64,000 nucleotides of DNA from Candidatus Poribacteria bacterium. GTDB taxonomy: Bacteria > Poribacteria > WGA-4E > WGA-3G. The stretch is from NCBI GenBank assembly GCA_965221425.1, contig OZ244889.1:251012-315011 (forward strand). Reading direction: 5' to 3'. Below are positions 61,197-64,000 of this stretch, one piece after another; the first letter of the stretch is position 1; each line of letters starts with the position of its first letter. The notes beneath the pieces were generated by a model, which was not told where the DNA came from, did no database searches, and worked only from the letters and a program-made list of their open reading frames with translations. Both the position numbers and the translations under genes were made by a program.

Positions 61197-63185
61197 TTGG
61201 CGAGAGAGAGAATCTCACAAGCAGATGAATGGCAAACGTGGGCACAACGCTACGACATAGAAGGCGGCATCCGAACCTTTGAATCAGGGTTGACCGGCAA
61301 AGTGTTCTTCGGCGCACTCTTTGTTGGATTGCTCATGATGCCCGGTTCCATCTATCTGAGTTATGTATCTGGTCAATCCGGTGCAGCGGCTGCCCCTTGG
61401 GTTGCAGTTATCCTGTTTACTGAATTAGCCCGACGTTCCTTCACCACGGCACGTCGTCAAGAACTCTATATGCTGCTGAGCCTCACAGGCGCAGCAGTCG
61501 GCAGCGGTATGCAGTATCGGAGTTTTATCTGGTATGCATATTTTGTAAACACACCGCAAGCCATCTCTTATGAAATTGCTGATAAAATCCCCGCATGGGT
61601 CGTACCCGCAGGTGATTCGGCAGGAGTGTTGACGCGGAGTCTGCTACATCCCGATTGGTTGCTGCCTATAGGTGTCTACCTCGCGGGGAAGTTTCTTGGC
61701 ACGTTGCGGGTTGTCAGCGGTCAGTATATTCTCTTTAGACTGACGGCAGACCTTGAACGTCTCCCCTATCCGATGGCACCGATTACTGCACAAGGTGCAA
61801 CTGCTTTAGCAGAGACTACCGGTAAACAGGAAACATGGCGATGGCAAGTATTTTCTATCGGGTCTATGGCGGGCTTAATATGGGGATTCATCTATATCGG
61901 TATTCCTGCGCTTACTGGCGTGATGATGAGTCAGCCGATACAAATACTAAAAATACCGTGGATAGACTTTACGCAAAGCATTGAGGGATTCGCGCCGACA
62001 GGAGTCTTTGCGCTCCGAACAGACTTCGGACAGATGCTCTTCGGATTCGTCTTGCCGTTCCCTGTGGTGATGTCGGAGTTTGTCACCGCGATGCTATCGC
62101 AATTTGTTCTCAACCCGCATATCCTTTACAGAAACGAGATATTGCATCAATGGGAACCTGGGCTTGATGTACGTGCAACCGGACTTTTCAACGATCTCGA
62201 TTTCTGGCGGAGTTACGGCATAGGTAAAACGTTTAGCCTTGGTCTTGTTGGCATGGCAGCCTCTGTGCCAATGCTTTTCAAACTTCGCAGCACCCAGAAA
62301 AAGGCGGGACAACGGGGTTCACTTGCTACGCCACCGAACCGTGGTGATTTTCCATTATGGCTTATGGGGATACTATGGCTTATCGGGATGGGCGGATTTG
62401 TCTGGCTTATCCATTGGATGGTGCCAAATTTCCCACTGAGTTTCCTACTTGGGTTCGCGTTCTTGTATACGCCGATTAATTCATATATCACCGCACGGAC
62501 TTTCGGGGTACTCGGACGGGATCTGTTTGAAATACCTTATTTGCATGAGATTACCTTTATTCTCAGTCGGTACGAGGAAATTGATATCTGGTTTGCCCCG
62601 CTACCTGACGAAGATTACGGAGCAGGCACACAAGGGTGGCGCGTGCTTGAATTGACAGGAACAACTTTTACATCAAACCTCGCTGCGACACTACTGATTA
62701 TGCCTATCTTAATTATCAGTGGAATTGTGGTACAGCACTTTATTTGGCAGATTGCCCCGATACCGAGCGCGCAATATCCGTTTGTTCAGATGATGTGGCC
62801 GATTAACGCAACAAATGAATGTCTTATGAAAACATCACTGCGCGATGGGAATAGTGAGATCATACAAGCCATTCGGGGTGATTATGTTGCTGCGGGATTT
62901 ACCTCCAGCCTCGCTATCTATGGGCTACTTTGGGTGTTTAAATACCCATCCATGTGGTTTTATGGTATCATCGGTGGAATTGGGGCTGACCCAGGCAGCA
63001 TGGTTGCACGGTTGCTTGGTGCGATCATCGGTAGATTCTATATGATTAAGCGGTTCGGTTTGAAACGTTGGTTTATGTTCAATCCGGTGTTGGCAGCAGG
63101 CTTTGCTTGTGGCGTAGGTTTGGTCGGGATGGGTACTGTCGCAGTTGCCCTTGTCTCTAAAGCGGTTATTGTTAAACCGTTTTAG
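61197..63185 (+). CDS. OPT-like oligopeptide transporter / polytopic membrane protein
   Basis: Many TMs; DLERLPYPMAPI motif; TTG start after AAGGAG. Confidence 0.72.
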   Translation: MARERISQADEWQTWAQRYDIEGGIRTFESGLTGKVFFGALFVGLLMMPGSIYLSYVSGQSGAAAAPWVAVILFTELARRSFTTARRQELYMLLSLTGAAVGSGMQYRSFIWYAYFVNTPQAISYEIADKIPAWVVPAGDSAGVLTRSLLHPDWLLPIGVYLAGKFLGTLRVVSGQYILFRLTADLERLPYPMAPITAQGATALAETTGKQETWRWQVFSIGSMAGLIWGFIYIGIPALTGVMMSQPIQILKIPWIDFTQSIEGFAPTGVFALRTDFGQMLFGFVLPFPVVMSEFVTAMLSQFVLNPHILYRNEILHQWEPGLDVRATGLFNDLDFWRSYGIGKTFSLGLVGMAASVPMLFKLRSTQKKAGQRGSLATPPNRGDFPLWLMGILWLIGMGGFVWLIHWMVPNFPLSFLLGFAFLYTPINSYITARTFGVLGRDLFEIPYLHEITFILSRYEEIDIWFAPLPDEDYGAGTQGWRVLELTGTTFTSNLAATLLIMPILIISGIVVQHFIWQIAPIPSAQYPFVQMMWPINATNECLMKTSLRDGNSEIIQAIRGDYVAAGFTSSLAIYGLLWVFKYPSMWFYGIIGGIGADPGSMVARLLGAIIGRFYMIKRFGLKRWFMFNPVLAAGFACGVGLVGMGTVAVALVSKAVIVKPF

Positions 63186-63214
63186 GCAAAGTTCTTGTCT
63201 GGTGGAAAAGAGAT

Positions 63215-64000
63215 ATGGACTGGAATCTTTTTGGTTGGGCAGGGATTCAGTTAGAGATTCCGACAACTTGGGAAATCAGCGGCATCAGCGGCGATGAGAA
63301 GAATGGCTACCTCCGGTTAGATGACGCTGAGATGCCTCGCTTAGAACTCAAATGGGCAAAGACACGGAAGAAGAAACCTGACCTACACAAAACACTCGAC
63401 GAATACTTCAAGTTAGTTCGTAAAAACTACAAACGCGGTGGTAACGTCTCATTTCGTAGGAACGTTGACCTAATCAAAGATGAGGATTTCCTAAAAGGGC
63501 ACACTGTCCTTGGGTTCAGTTGGAAAGGAGGCATCCGCGCAAACGGGTTGATTGTGCATAGTCCTGATACTAAACGGATTACCATTGTCCAAGTCATGGG
63601 GAGGCTTAAAGAGAATTGGCGACCTACGGTGCTCCGCATCTTTCAATCTATTTCGGACCAAGAAGACCTAAAGCACACCGTTTGGAGTGCTTATGGCCTT
63701 AGGCTTGCTGTTCCGAAAAACTACAAGTTGGAAAAGCAGAAACTGCTCAGCGGGTATCTGTTGTTTACATTTGCCAGAGGGAAAAGTCGTAAAATTAGCG
63801 TTGAACGTTACGGGCCTGCGGAGGTATTATTAAACGAATTTTCGGCAGAACCGAATCAATTGGAAACATGGTTTCGAACAAGATACGCAAAAGCGATTCG
63901 GGGTTATGGGTTTGAAGTAACACCGCATGAAGAGCACGGAGACGAACACATCAATTTTGTCGGACAACAGACACGGCTTTACGACAGTATGCCGTTTTCA
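63215..64000 (+). CDS. Conserved hypothetical protein, runs off window
   Basis: Manual translation MDWNLFGWAGIQLEIPTTWEISGISGDEKNGYLRLDDAEMPRLELKW...; second repeat WSAYGLRLAVPKNYKLE. Confidence 0.7.
   Translation, partial: MDWNLFGWAGIQLEIPTTWEISGISGDEKNGYLRLDDAEMPRLELKWAKTRKKKPDLHKTLDEYFKLVRKNYKRGGNVSFRRNVDLIKDEDFLKGHTVLGFSWKGGIRANGLIVHSPDTKRITIVQVMGRLKENWRPTVLRIFQSISDQEDLKHTVWSAYGLRLAVPKNYKLEKQKLLSGYLLFTFARGKSRKISVERYGPAEVLLNEFSAEPNQLETWFRTRYAKAIRGYGFEVTPHEEHGDEHINFVGQQTRLYDSMPFS

Overview
This is a bacterial chromosomal window with no recognisable rRNA, tRNA, CRISPR array, integrase or transposase. Gene content suggests Candidatus Poribacteria or a relative (inference): many Gfo/Idh/MocA and GNAT genes, a PhyH dioxygenase, sulfatase, sialidase, LamG proteins ending in a 'V.P.xK.ATTWG.LK' tail, an ECF sigma/beta-propeller fusion and a BMC shell protein with an aldehyde dehydrogenase. 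The first 41 kb are mostly metabolic genes. From 41.6 to 52.9 kb lies an accessory, defence-like region around ligA: HNH fragment, Mrr_N protein, AT-rich membrane proteins, orphan MNT, an XRE/ImmA pair facing a DUF2971 and MTase-nuclease operon, and a duplicated ligA 5' fragment. From 53.5 kb an operon encodes a 2428-aa LysM/degenerate-M28/FtsX-like fusion and an OPT-like transporter. The most striking feature is non-coding. Almost every larger intergenic space is a 'Russian doll' of at least six families of tiny non-autonomous elements with distinct insertion rules. These include an element inserting at one fixed position in REP hairpin loops, one duplicating whole 19-21 bp hairpins, and a ~36-bp unit that inserts precisely and recursively into itself.
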